Below, piece by piece: positions 1 through 8,410 of a stretch of 64,000 nt of DNA. How positions within the stretch are numbered: position 1 is the first letter of the stretch; every line of letters starts with the position of its first letter. The notes beneath the pieces were generated by a model. That model was given only the letters and a program-made list of their open reading frames with translations. It was not told the DNA's origin and searched no databases. Source of the stretch: an uncultured Marmoricola sp. GTDB taxonomy: Bacteria > Actinomycetota > Actinomycetes > Propionibacteriales > Nocardioidaceae. The position numbers and the translations under genes were made by a program. The stretch covers positions 8,091 through 72,090 of the forward strand of contig CALMLL010000074.1 of the NCBI GenBank assembly GCA_937868075.1, in the 5' to 3' direction.

Positions 1-1197
1 GATTCGCTTCTCGACGACGTGACCCCCCTGGCGGCGTACGACGTGGTGGTGGGCAACCCGCCCTTCCTCAACCGACTCCAGCGGCGCAGCGCGCCCGCTC
101 CCGAGCAGGCGGCTCGATTGAGCCGACTCAGCGAAGGGCAGATCGGCCCCTACACCGACCTCAGTGCCGTGTTCCTGCAACGGTCGATGACCTGGGTGCG
201 TCCCGGAGGCAGGGTCGGCCTGGTGCAGCCCCTGTCGGTGCTGGCCAGTCGAGACGCCCGGCCGGTGCGCGAGTTCTGCGTCCGCGCTGGTGCGCTCCGG
301 GCGGTGTGGGCCTCCACCAAGGCGGTCTTCGCGGCCGGAGTGCGCACCTGCGCGGTGGTGCTGGAGTCCGGAGGGGTCCAGGGCTCAGTCGACCTGTGGG
401 GTGAGGACTTCGCCCCGAGCCCGACCTGGGAAGAGCCCATTGGCGAGGAGTGGGGGCCACTGTTGGCCCGCATCGCTGCCGTGCCGAGCGTCAGCCTGCG
501 CGGCGCCCGCTTGGGAGACATCGCGGCGTGCACCGCGGACTTTCGCGACCAGTTCTATGGACTGGTCCCCTATGTCGACGAGGCCGGCCGCGACCCAGGT
601 CGGGTGCCCCTGATCACGTCGGGGCTGATCGACCCTGCTCACTGTCACTTCGGGAACCGTCCGACGCGCTTTGCCAAGCAGCGGTTCGAGGCGCCCGGGG
701 TCGACGTGGATGCGCTGCCTGACGTGTTGGCGCAGTGGGCTCGACGCCGGCTGGTGCCGAAGGTGCTGGTGGCGACCCAGGGCCGGGTGTTGGAGGCGGT
801 CGCCGACGAGCAGGGCGCATGGTTGCCCTCGGTGCCGGTGATCACCGTGGCACCGGTGGATCCCCAGGACGTGTGGAGGGTGTTGGCGGTGCTGCTGGCG
901 CCGCCGATCTCGGCGTACGCCGCCACGGCGTACGCCGGAGCCGGGCTGAGCCCGACTGCGGTCAAGCTCTCGGCCCGGCAGGTGGCCGAACTGCCCCTGC
1001 CGACCGATGAGGAGGCCTGGTCGGTCGCTGCCCGCCTGATCGAGCGGGCCCAGCGCGAATCCTCCCGAGAACTCCTCCTCGAGGCCGGCGCCACGATGTG
1101 CGCGGCCTATCGGGTGCCGCACGAACCGATCCTCCCGTGGTGGTCGAACCGGCTCCCCGTGACGAGACCAGAGCCCCCGGGGCCGGGTGCTGTTTGA
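1..1197 (+). CDS. N6-adenine DNA methyltransferase (gamma-class, TaqI/Eco57I-like), 5'-truncated by window edge
   Basis: Frame is open from base 1 ([22 protein letters not shown]). Motif IV NPPF is followed by DLSAVFLQRS...PGGRVGLVQP and a TaqI_C-like C-terminal region. Motif I would lie upstream of the window. Confidence 0.8.
   Translation, partial: DSLLDDVTPLAAYDVVVGNPPFLNRLQRRSAPAPEQAARLSRLSEGQIGPYTDLSAVFLQRSMTWVRPGGRVGLVQPLSVLASRDARPVREFCVRAGALRAVWASTKAVFAAGVRTCAVVLESGGVQGSVDLWGEDFAPSPTWEEPIGEEWGPLLARIAAVPSVSLRGARLGDIAACTADFRDQFYGLVPYVDEAGRDPGRVPLITSGLIDPAHCHFGNRPTRFAKQRFEAPGVDVDALPDVLAQWARRRLVPKVLVATQGRVLEAVADEQGAWLPSVPVITVAPVDPQDVWRVLAVLLAPPISAYAATAYAGAGLSPTAVKLSARQVAELPLPTDEEAWSVAARLIERAQRESSRELLLEAGATMCAAYRVPHEPILPWWSNRLPVTRPEPPGPGAV
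911..937. repeat. Two adjacent perfect copies of the palindrome CGGCGTACGCCG (911-922, 926-937); dispersed HIP-like repeat
   Basis: Read directly. Further perfect copies at 2990, 10135, 17177, 43377 and 52826. Confidence 0.7.
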
Positions 1198-1376
1198 GGC
1201 CCTCGGCAAGCCCGCGGATGACCGGTTGGTGGTGTTGGACCGTTCCCTGACGACCCTCATCTGTGCCGTGGTCGGAGACGCGACAGACCCGACCTGATCG
1301 GCGCCGTCGAGAGGGCCGGGCCGCCAGCAAGAACCCACGTGGCAGCCGGGCGCCCGGCGGGCGTAACTTGGCGGGT

Positions 1377-4034
1377 ATGAAGTATGTCTATGACTTCGCC
1401 GAGGGCGACAAGGACCAGAAGGATCTGTTAGGCGGCAAGGGCGCCAACCTTGCCGAGATGACCAAGCTGGGGCTCCCGGTGCCCCCTGGTTTCACCATCT
1501 CCACCGACACCTGTCGCTACTACCTGCACCACGGCGCGAACCCGCCGGAGTTGGCCGACGAAGTCAGCGCTCACCTCGGCACTCTGGAGGCCGCCATGGG
1601 GCGGCGTCTGGGCGATGCCGCCGACCCGCTGCTGGTCAGCGTGCGCTCGGGCGCGAAGTTCTCGATGCCCGGCATGATGGAGACCGTCCTCAACATCGGC
1701 CTCAACGACGTGTCGGTGGAAGGACTGGCCACCATCTCCGGCGACCGACGCTTCGCCTACGACTCGTATCGGCGACTGGTGCAGATGTTCGGTGGCACGG
1801 TGCTCGGCATCGAGAGCGATGTGTTCGAGGATGCCCTCGACCGCGCCAAGACCAACCGTGGCACCACGGCTGACACCGACCTGACCGCAGAGGATCTCTG
1901 CGACCTGGTGACGACCTACAAGGGGCTCGTGCGCGAGCACGCGGGCCGGGAGTTCCCGCAGGACCCTCGCGAGCAACTCGATCTCGCGGTGCAGGCGGTG
2001 TTCAACTCCTGGAACACCGACCGCGCGGCGCTCTATCGCCGCCAGGAGCGCATCCCCGACGACCTGGGCACCGCCGTCAACGTGCAAGCCATGGTGTTCG
2101 GCAACCAGGGCGACACCTCGGGCTCGGGCGTCTGCTTCACCCGCGACCCCGCCAGCGGTGACCAGGGTGTCTATGGCGACTACCTGCAAAACGCCCAGGG
2201 AGAGGACGTCGTCGCTGGCATCCGCAACACCGTGCCGTTGGCCGACCTGGAAGCGCTCGACAAGGTCTCCTACGACGAGTTGCTGGCCAACATGGCCGCG
2301 CTCGAGCAGCACTACCGCGACATGTGCGACATCGAGTTCACCATCGAGCGCGGCAAGTTGTGGATGCTGCAGACCCGCGTGGGCAAACGCACCCCCGAGG
2401 CGGCCTTCCGGATCGCCGGCCACATGGTCGATGAGGGCCTGATCGACCTCGACGAGGCCTTGCGACGAGTCAGCGGCCACCAGTTGGCGCAGTTGATGTT
2501 CCCGCGCTTCGACGCCGATGCCGAGCGGACCCTGCTCGCGGTCGGCATGAACGCCTCCCCGGGGGCCGCGGTCGGCAAAGCCGTCTTCGACTGGGCCACC
2601 GCGGTGGAGTGGTCCGAGCGTGGCGAAGACGTGATCTTGGTCCGCAAGGAGACCAGCCCCGACGACCTGCACGGGATGATGGTCGCCAAGGGCATCCTGA
2701 CCAGCCGCGGTGGCAAGACCTCGCACGCCGCTGTTGTCGCTCGAGGCATGGGTCGCACCTGCGTGTGTGGCGCCGAGGCGCTCGATGTCGACACCAAGAA
2801 TGGCCTGTTCACCGTGCGCGGAGGCAAGGTTATCTCCGAGGGGGACGTGATCTCCATCGACGGCACCACCGGGGAGATCTTCGACGGCGCCGTCCCGGTG
2901 GCCGACTCCCTCGTGGTGAGGTATTTCGAGGGCGACCACATCGACGACCCGTTGGTCGACGCGGTCGCGCAGTTGATGGATCACGCCGACGGCGTACGCC
3001 GGATGCGCGTGCGCAGCAACGCCGACACTCCCGATGACTCCTCCCGTGCTCGTCGCTTCGGCGCCGAAGGCGTCGGGTTGTGCCGCACCGAGCACATGTT
3101 CCTCGGAGAGCGGCGCCCGCTGGTGGAGAACCTCATCGTCGCCGAGACCGATGAGGAACGAGAGGCGGCGCTGGCCGAACTGCTGCCGCTGCAGCGCTCG
3201 GACTTCGTCGGGATCCTGGGAGCGATGGACGGCCTTCCGGTGACGATCCGGCTTCTCGACCCGCCGCTGCACGAGTTCCTCCCCGACTTCACCGAACTCT
3301 CCGTCGCACTCGCGGTGGCTGAGATGCGCGGACACCGCAAGCGTCACCAGCGCCGCCTGCTGGACGCGGTCAAGAGGCTGCACGAGATGAACCCCATGCT
3401 CGGCATGCGCGGGGTTCGCCTGGGCATCGTCATCCCGGGTCTCTACGCGATGCAGGTGCGGGCGATCCTCGAAGCGACCGCCGACCTGCTGCGCCAGGGC
3501 AAGAGCCCTCGACCCGAGATCATGGTGCCGCTGGTGGCTTCGGTCACCGAGTTGGACCTGATGAAGAAGGAGATCTCCACGATCGCCGCGACGGTGCGGG
3601 CCGAGACCGGCCAGGAGTTGCCGTTCTCGGTCGGCACGATGATCGAGTTGCCACGCGCGGCCAAGACCGCGGACCTCATCGCGCACACAGCGGAGTTCTT
3701 CTCCTTCGGCACCAACGACCTGACCCAGATGACGTGGGGCTTCTCCCGCGATGACGTGGAGGCGTCGTTCTTCTCGACGTACTTCGAGAAGGGGATCTTC
3801 GCGGTCTCGCCGTTCGAGTCGATCGATGTCGACGGGGTGGGGTCGCTGGTGCGTGAGGCGGCAGCCAAGGGGCGCGAGACCCGCCCCGACATCCACCTGG
3901 GTGTGTGTGGGGAGCACGGTGGTGACCCCGACTCGATCCACTTCTTCGAGTCGGTGGGCTTGGACTACGTGTCGTGCTCGCCCTATCGGGTGCCGATCGC
4001 TCGCTTGGAGTCCGGCCGGGCCGCGATCTCCTGA
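1377..4034 (+). CDS. ppdK: Pyruvate, phosphate dikinase
   Basis: LLGGKGANLAEM N-terminus, phospho-His motif GGKTSHAAVVARG, GVGLCRTEHMF, FSFGTNDLTQ. ATG 1377 lies 7 nt after a TAACTT -10 element. Confidence 0.97.
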   Translation: MKYVYDFAEGDKDQKDLLGGKGANLAEMTKLGLPVPPGFTISTDTCRYYLHHGANPPELADEVSAHLGTLEAAMGRRLGDAADPLLVSVRSGAKFSMPGMMETVLNIGLNDVSVEGLATISGDRRFAYDSYRRLVQMFGGTVLGIESDVFEDALDRAKTNRGTTADTDLTAEDLCDLVTTYKGLVREHAGREFPQDPREQLDLAVQAVFNSWNTDRAALYRRQERIPDDLGTAVNVQAMVFGNQGDTSGSGVCFTRDPASGDQGVYGDYLQNAQGEDVVAGIRNTVPLADLEALDKVSYDELLANMAALEQHYRDMCDIEFTIERGKLWMLQTRVGKRTPEAAFRIAGHMVDEGLIDLDEALRRVSGHQLAQLMFPRFDADAERTLLAVGMNASPGAAVGKAVFDWATAVEWSERGEDVILVRKETSPDDLHGMMVAKGILTSRGGKTSHAAVVARGMGRTCVCGAEALDVDTKNGLFTVRGGKVISEGDVISIDGTTGEIFDGAVPVADSLVVRYFEGDHIDDPLVDAVAQLMDHADGVRRMRVRSNADTPDDSSRARRFGAEGVGLCRTEHMFLGERRPLVENLIVAETDEEREAALAELLPLQRSDFVGILGAMDGLPVTIRLLDPPLHEFLPDFTELSVALAVAEMRGHRKRHQRRLLDAVKRLHEMNPMLGMRGVRLGIVIPGLYAMQVRAILEATADLLRQGKSPRPEIMVPLVASVTELDLMKKEISTIAATVRAETGQELPFSVGTMIELPRAAKTADLIAHTAEFFSFGTNDLTQMTWGFSRDDVEASFFSTYFEKGIFAVSPFESIDVDGVGSLVREAAAKGRETRPDIHLGVCGEHGGDPDSIHFFESVGLDYVSCSPYRVPIARLESGRAAIS

Positions 4035-4100
4035 GCCGCCAAGGGACCACCGCCCCGGGCCCAGGAGTACGCCGACGACCGAGCGTGACACCCTTGCCGG

Positions 4101-4466
4101 GTGCACGTGCTGGTCGTTGATGCTGCCAACGTGGTCGGGGCGACCCCTGACGGTTGGTGGAAGGACCGAGAAGGCGCAGCCAAACGGCTCCACCACCAGT
4201 TGGTGGTGGCCGACCTGCCGCACGACGAGATCGTGCTGGTCCTCGAGGGTCAGGCCAAGGCCGGCGTGCGTCCCGGTCGCGATGGGCACGTGATCGTCGT
4301 GCACGCGCCTCGCGACGGAGACTCCGCGATCACCCAAGCGGCTCGGGCACGAGCCGAATCCGGCGACCAGGTCACCGTGATCACCGCAGACCGGCTCTTG
4401 CGGGCAGCGGTCGAAGCGACCGGAGCCCAGGTGTTGTCACCGTCGTGGCTGCTCAGTCACCTCTAG
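4101..4466 (+). CDS. Stand-alone NYN/PIN-fold (YacP-like) nuclease domain protein
   Basis: VVDAANVVG, VLVLEG, DGDSAI and VITADR acidic motifs typical of NYN/PIN folds. CACCCT lies 6 nt before the GTG. Confidence 0.7.
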   Translation: MHVLVVDAANVVGATPDGWWKDREGAAKRLHHQLVVADLPHDEIVLVLEGQAKAGVRPGRDGHVIVVHAPRDGDSAITQAARARAESGDQVTVITADRLLRAAVEATGAQVLSPSWLLSHL

Positions 4467-4478
4467 CCGCAACCGGAC

Positions 4479-5585
4479 TCAGGGCAGCGCGTCCACCACG
4501 TCGTGCTCGGTAAGCGTCTCGACGAGCTTGGCCGCCTGGGCGCGCCCGTCGCCGAGCAGGTGGTCGATCGCGGTCAGCCTGGCGGTGTAGTGGCCCACCA
4601 CGTATTCGGCGGTCATGCCGATGCCGCCGTGCAGCTGGATCGCCTCCTGTCCCACGTGGCGTCCGGCCCGTGAGGCCTGCAGTTTGGCGCGTGCCGCCGC
4701 CTCGATCACGTCATGGGTGGACGAGGTGGACTCGGCCAGCACCATCGTCGCCCACATCACGATGGAGCGGGTCAACTCCACAGAGGTGTACATGTCGGCG
4801 GCGCGGAAGTTCAGCGCCTGGAACCGGTTGAGGGTCACTCCGAACTGCTTGCGCGTGGTCAGGTAGCCCGTCGTCAGGCTGAGGGCCGCCTCCATGCACC
4901 CCAGGGCCTCGTGGCAGTAGGCGATCTGGGTGGCAGCGACGGCGTGGGAGATCTCCGCGCACCGATCGATGGCCTCGCCCAGAGGCTCGGCAGGGGACTC
5001 GGTGAAACTCACTCTGGCCGCTTGACCGCCGTCGAACGTGGAGTAGGCCGACACGTTCGCCGCAGCCGGGTCCACCAGGAACAACCCCACGTGTTCCTCA
5101 TCGATGAGGGCGCTGACCACGAAGACCGTGGCCAGGGCGCCATCGACGACCGGTTCCTTCACCCCCGACAGCACCCAGCCGTCTCCGCTGCGGCGAGCCC
5201 GGACCCCACCGGCGTTGAACGACCACCGGTGTCCAGGCTCGAGCCCGGCGAAGATCGGGATCCGGGTCCCGTCGGCCACACCCTGGAGGATGCGACCCCG
5301 CTGATCCTGGGTGCCACAGGCGTCGATGAGGCCACCGGCCAGCACGACGGCCTCGATGTAGGGCTCGGGGGCCAGCGTTCGGCCCATCTGCTCGGCCACC
5401 AGCGACACCTCGACCGGGCCGGCGCCCATGCCGCCGACGGACTCCTCGAAGGGGAGTCCGAGCAGTCCCATGTCGGCGTACCCGGCCCACCGGGTGGGGT
5501 GCTCTGCGCCCGGCGTGCCCAAGGTGATCAGGGACTTGATCGCGTCCTGCAACGCGAGCTGGTCGTCGTCGTAGTTGAAGTCCAT
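4479..5585 (-). CDS. Acyl-CoA dehydrogenase (second subunit of a tandem pair)
   Basis: RKQFGVTLNRFQAL and QEAIQLHGGIGMT motifs; 9 nt downstream of its partner gene. Confidence 0.9.
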   Translation of the reverse strand: MDFNYDDDQLALQDAIKSLITLGTPGAEHPTRWAGYADMGLLGLPFEESVGGMGAGPVEVSLVAEQMGRTLAPEPYIEAVVLAGGLIDACGTQDQRGRILQGVADGTRIPIFAGLEPGHRWSFNAGGVRARRSGDGWVLSGVKEPVVDGALATVFVVSALIDEEHVGLFLVDPAAANVSAYSTFDGGQAARVSFTESPAEPLGEAIDRCAEISHAVAATQIAYCHEALGCMEAALSLTTGYLTTRKQFGVTLNRFQALNFRAADMYTSVELTRSIVMWATMVLAESTSSTHDVIEAAARAKLQASRAGRHVGQEAIQLHGGIGMTAEYVVGHYTARLTAIDHLLGDGRAQAAKLVETLTEHDVVDALP

Positions 5586-5594
5586 GTCAGTTCC

Positions 5595-6755
5595 TCACAA
5601 TCCCAAGATTGTGCCGGCGATGATCTGGCGTTGGATCTCGTTGGACCCCCCGTAGATCGACGCCTTGCGGAGGTTGAGGTACGACGGCCCGGCGCCGCGG
5701 GCCCAGTCGGGTACGTCGGACCCCTCGGTGGCACCCGAGGCGAGCGACAACGGCCCGGCCACGTCGACGAGCAACTCCGAGACCGCCTGCTGGATCTCGG
5801 TGCCTTTGAGCTTGAGAACCGAGGACGCCGGGTGTGGGCGCCCGTCCGCGGAGTGAGCTACCACCCTCAGCGCGGTGAGTTCGAGGGCCAGGAGTTCGTT
5901 CTCCAACTCCACGATCTTGTTGGCCACCAAGGGGTCGTCGAGTTGTCCGGTCTGCAGGGCCAGGCGCTTGACCTTGGCCAGATTGCGTTTCGTGCTGCCC
6001 ACGGGGGCCACACCGACGCGCTCGTTGCCGAGGAGGAACTTCGCATAGGACCAACCAGCGTTCACCTCACCGACGAGGAAGTCGTGAGGGACCCGGACGT
6101 TGTCGAAGAACACCTCGTTGACCTCGAAGCCGCCGTCGATCAGTTTGATCGGCCGCAGGGTCACCCCGGGGGAGTCCATCGGGATCAGCAGGAAGCTGAT
6201 CCCCTTCTGCGGACGGTCGGCTTCGGGGTCGGTGCGCACGAGGTTGAAGATCCAGTCGGCGTACTGACCCAGGGTGGTCCAGGTCTTCTGTCCGTTGACG
6301 ATCCAGTCGTCGCCGTCGCGGACCGCAGAGGTGCGCAGGGAGGCCAGGTCGGAGCCCGCGTTGGGTTCGGAGAAGCCCTGGCACCACCAGATATCCAGGT
6401 TGGCGGTCTGGGGCAGGAAACGCTCCTTGATCTCCTGGGAACCGAAGTTGGCGATCACCGGGCCGACCATGTTGGCATTGAAGGCCAACGGCGGCGGGAC
6501 GCTGGCCAGCAACATCTCCTCGTGCCAGATGTGGCGCTGCAGCGGGGTCCAGTCGCGCCCGCCCCATTCCACGGGCCACCCGGGGACGGCCAGCCCGGCG
6601 GCGTTGAGGATCCGTTGGGTCGTCACGATCGCGTCCTTACCGGGGAAGCGCCCGGCGGCGACCTGGTCGCGGATCTCTTGAGGGATCGCAGTGGTGAAGA
6701 AGGCCCGCATCTCGTCGCGGAATGCGGCCTCGTCATCGGTGAGTCGCAGGTGCAT
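5595..6755 (-). CDS. Acyl-CoA dehydrogenase (FadE/PimC-like)
   Basis: WCQGFSEPNAGSDLASL, VNGQKTWTT, IYGGSNEIQR. Start reassigned to ATG 6755, 6 nt after a TACGGT -10 element. Confidence 0.92.
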   Translation of the reverse strand: MHLRLTDDEAAFRDEMRAFFTTAIPQEIRDQVAAGRFPGKDAIVTTQRILNAAGLAVPGWPVEWGGRDWTPLQRHIWHEEMLLASVPPPLAFNANMVGPVIANFGSQEIKERFLPQTANLDIWWCQGFSEPNAGSDLASLRTSAVRDGDDWIVNGQKTWTTLGQYADWIFNLVRTDPEADRPQKGISFLLIPMDSPGVTLRPIKLIDGGFEVNEVFFDNVRVPHDFLVGEVNAGWSYAKFLLGNERVGVAPVGSTKRNLAKVKRLALQTGQLDDPLVANKIVELENELLALELTALRVVAHSADGRPHPASSVLKLKGTEIQQAVSELLVDVAGPLSLASGATEGSDVPDWARGAGPSYLNLRKASIYGGSNEIQRQIIAGTILGL

Positions 6756-6822
6756 ATATCGACCGTATCGCCCACCTACCGATGGGGAACACGCGGAGGG
6801 CTCGGGTAGTTTCAGAGGGGCC

Positions 6823-8109
6823 ATGAGCATCGCACCCGAGCGGCCTGCGCCGCTGCAACTGATCACCCCCGACCCACAGGCCGACGCCCTGCGGCGCACC
6901 CGGCTGCGTCGGATGAAGGCCGTGGCGCTGGGCCTGCTGGCCTTCGCCGCCGTGGTCTACGTCGCCACGCTCGGAGGCACCGGCTTCTGGGGCTACGTCA
7001 ACGCCGGTGCCGAGGCGTCGATGGTGGGCGCCATAGCCGACTGGTTCGCGGTGACCGCACTCTTCCGGCACCCGTTGGGGCTGCCGATTCCGCACACGGC
7101 CCTGATCCCCAGGCGCAAAGACGAGTTCGGCAAGAGCCTGCAGGACTTCATGGGCGAGAACTTCCTCCAAGAGGCCGTGATCCGCGATCGCCTGGCCGTC
7201 GCCGACGTGTCGCGCCGCCTCGGGGCGTGGCTGAGCGACGACGTCAACGCCCGTCGGGTCGTGCGCGAGGCTGCGGTGGTCGGCGCCATCGGTTTGCGCA
7301 AGGTCCGCGACGAGGACGTCGCCGCGATCGTCAACGACGTGATCGTTCCCCGGCTCCAGCAGGAGTCCTTCTCTGCCGTGGCCGGTTCGCTGCTGAGCGA
7401 AGTGGTCGCCGACAACGCCCATCACGGCTTGGTCGACCTGGTGCTTGAGGAGGCACACCGCTGGCTGGTGCACAACCAGGAGACGTTCACCGACGTCCTG
7501 GTCGACCGCGCGCCCTGGTGGGCCCCACCCAAACTGAACGAGACGGTCACCACGCGGCTCCACCTCGAGGCAGTTCGCTGGGTCGCCGATATCAGGGCCG
7601 ACGACAACCACCACGCCCGCCGGGCGCTGGACAATTTCCTGGCCCAACTCGCCGACGACCTGCTCCACGACCCCACGACTCAGGAGCGCGCCGAACGCCT
7701 CAAGAGCCGACTGCTGGAACACCCGCAGTTGATCAACACCGGGTTGTCACTGTGGAACGCCCTGCGCAAGGCCTTCCTCGAAGCCTTGGAGGACGTCGAC
7801 GGACCCCTGCACCGTCGCGCGGTGGCGGAGTTGACCGCCCTGGGTCACCGGCTGGGCACCGACGACGCCCTGCGCACCCGACTCGACGCCATGGGAGCCG
7901 ACTTCGCGGTCTGGGCGATCGGGAGGTACGGCGACGAACTCACCGCTGTCATCACCCACACCGTCGAGCGCTGGGACGGCCAGGAGGCGGCCCGCAAGAT
8001 CGAACTCCATGTCGGTCGCGATCTGCAGTTCATCCGGATCAACGGCACCATCGTGGGTGGCCTCGTCGGTGTGGCCATCCACGCGATCTCGTTGGTGCTC
8101 CATGGCTGA
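6823..8109 (+). CDS. DUF445 family membrane protein
   Basis: AEASMVGAIADWFAVTALFRHPLGLPIPHTALIP N-terminal motif and DLQFIRINGTIVGGLVG C-terminal motif. Confidence 0.9.
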   Translation: MSIAPERPAPLQLITPDPQADALRRTRLRRMKAVALGLLAFAAVVYVATLGGTGFWGYVNAGAEASMVGAIADWFAVTALFRHPLGLPIPHTALIPRRKDEFGKSLQDFMGENFLQEAVIRDRLAVADVSRRLGAWLSDDVNARRVVREAAVVGAIGLRKVRDEDVAAIVNDVIVPRLQQESFSAVAGSLLSEVVADNAHHGLVDLVLEEAHRWLVHNQETFTDVLVDRAPWWAPPKLNETVTTRLHLEAVRWVADIRADDNHHARRALDNFLAQLADDLLHDPTTQERAERLKSRLLEHPQLINTGLSLWNALRKAFLEALEDVDGPLHRRAVAELTALGHRLGTDDALRTRLDAMGADFAVWAIGRYGDELTAVITHTVERWDGQEAARKIELHVGRDLQFIRINGTIVGGLVGVAIHAISLVLHG

Positions 8110-8338
8110 CCACGGTGCTGGGTCGCCCGTCGGCGTACCCATTCGCGACGAGGTGATCCGGCTGGGACAGTTCCTCAAACTCGCCGACCTCATCGACACG
8201 GGTTCGGAAGCCAAGTGGGTGTGCGCTGCCGGCGAGATCAGCGTCAACGGCGTGGTCGAAACCCGCCGTGGACGGCAGTTGGTCGCCGGTGATGTGGTGA
8301 CTCGAGGCGGTCGCAGTGCCGTGGTGGAGTGTGCCTGA
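8102..8338 (+). CDS. S4-domain RNA-binding protein (YaaA/YbcJ-like)
   Basis: IRLGQFLKLADLIDTGSEAK...VNGVVETRRGRQLVAGDVV; overlaps the DUF445 stop by 8 nt. Confidence 0.88.
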   Translation: MADHGAGSPVGVPIRDEVIRLGQFLKLADLIDTGSEAKWVCAAGEISVNGVVETRRGRQLVAGDVVTRGGRSAVVECA

Positions 8339-8410
8339 AACCCCGGCCGACCGGGGAAAGCTTTCCTCTCCGCCTCCCGAAGCGACTACCTGGCCGGTAG
8401 GTTTCGGCTC

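Noticed and set aside
1428-4337. Very long antisense ORFs in the track (also 4713-6809, 23505-24941, 36498-38372, 54501-55928, 56226-58529)
   Set aside because: They mirror well-conserved genes on the other strand, have no recognisable motifs, and are expected shadows of high-GC codon bias.
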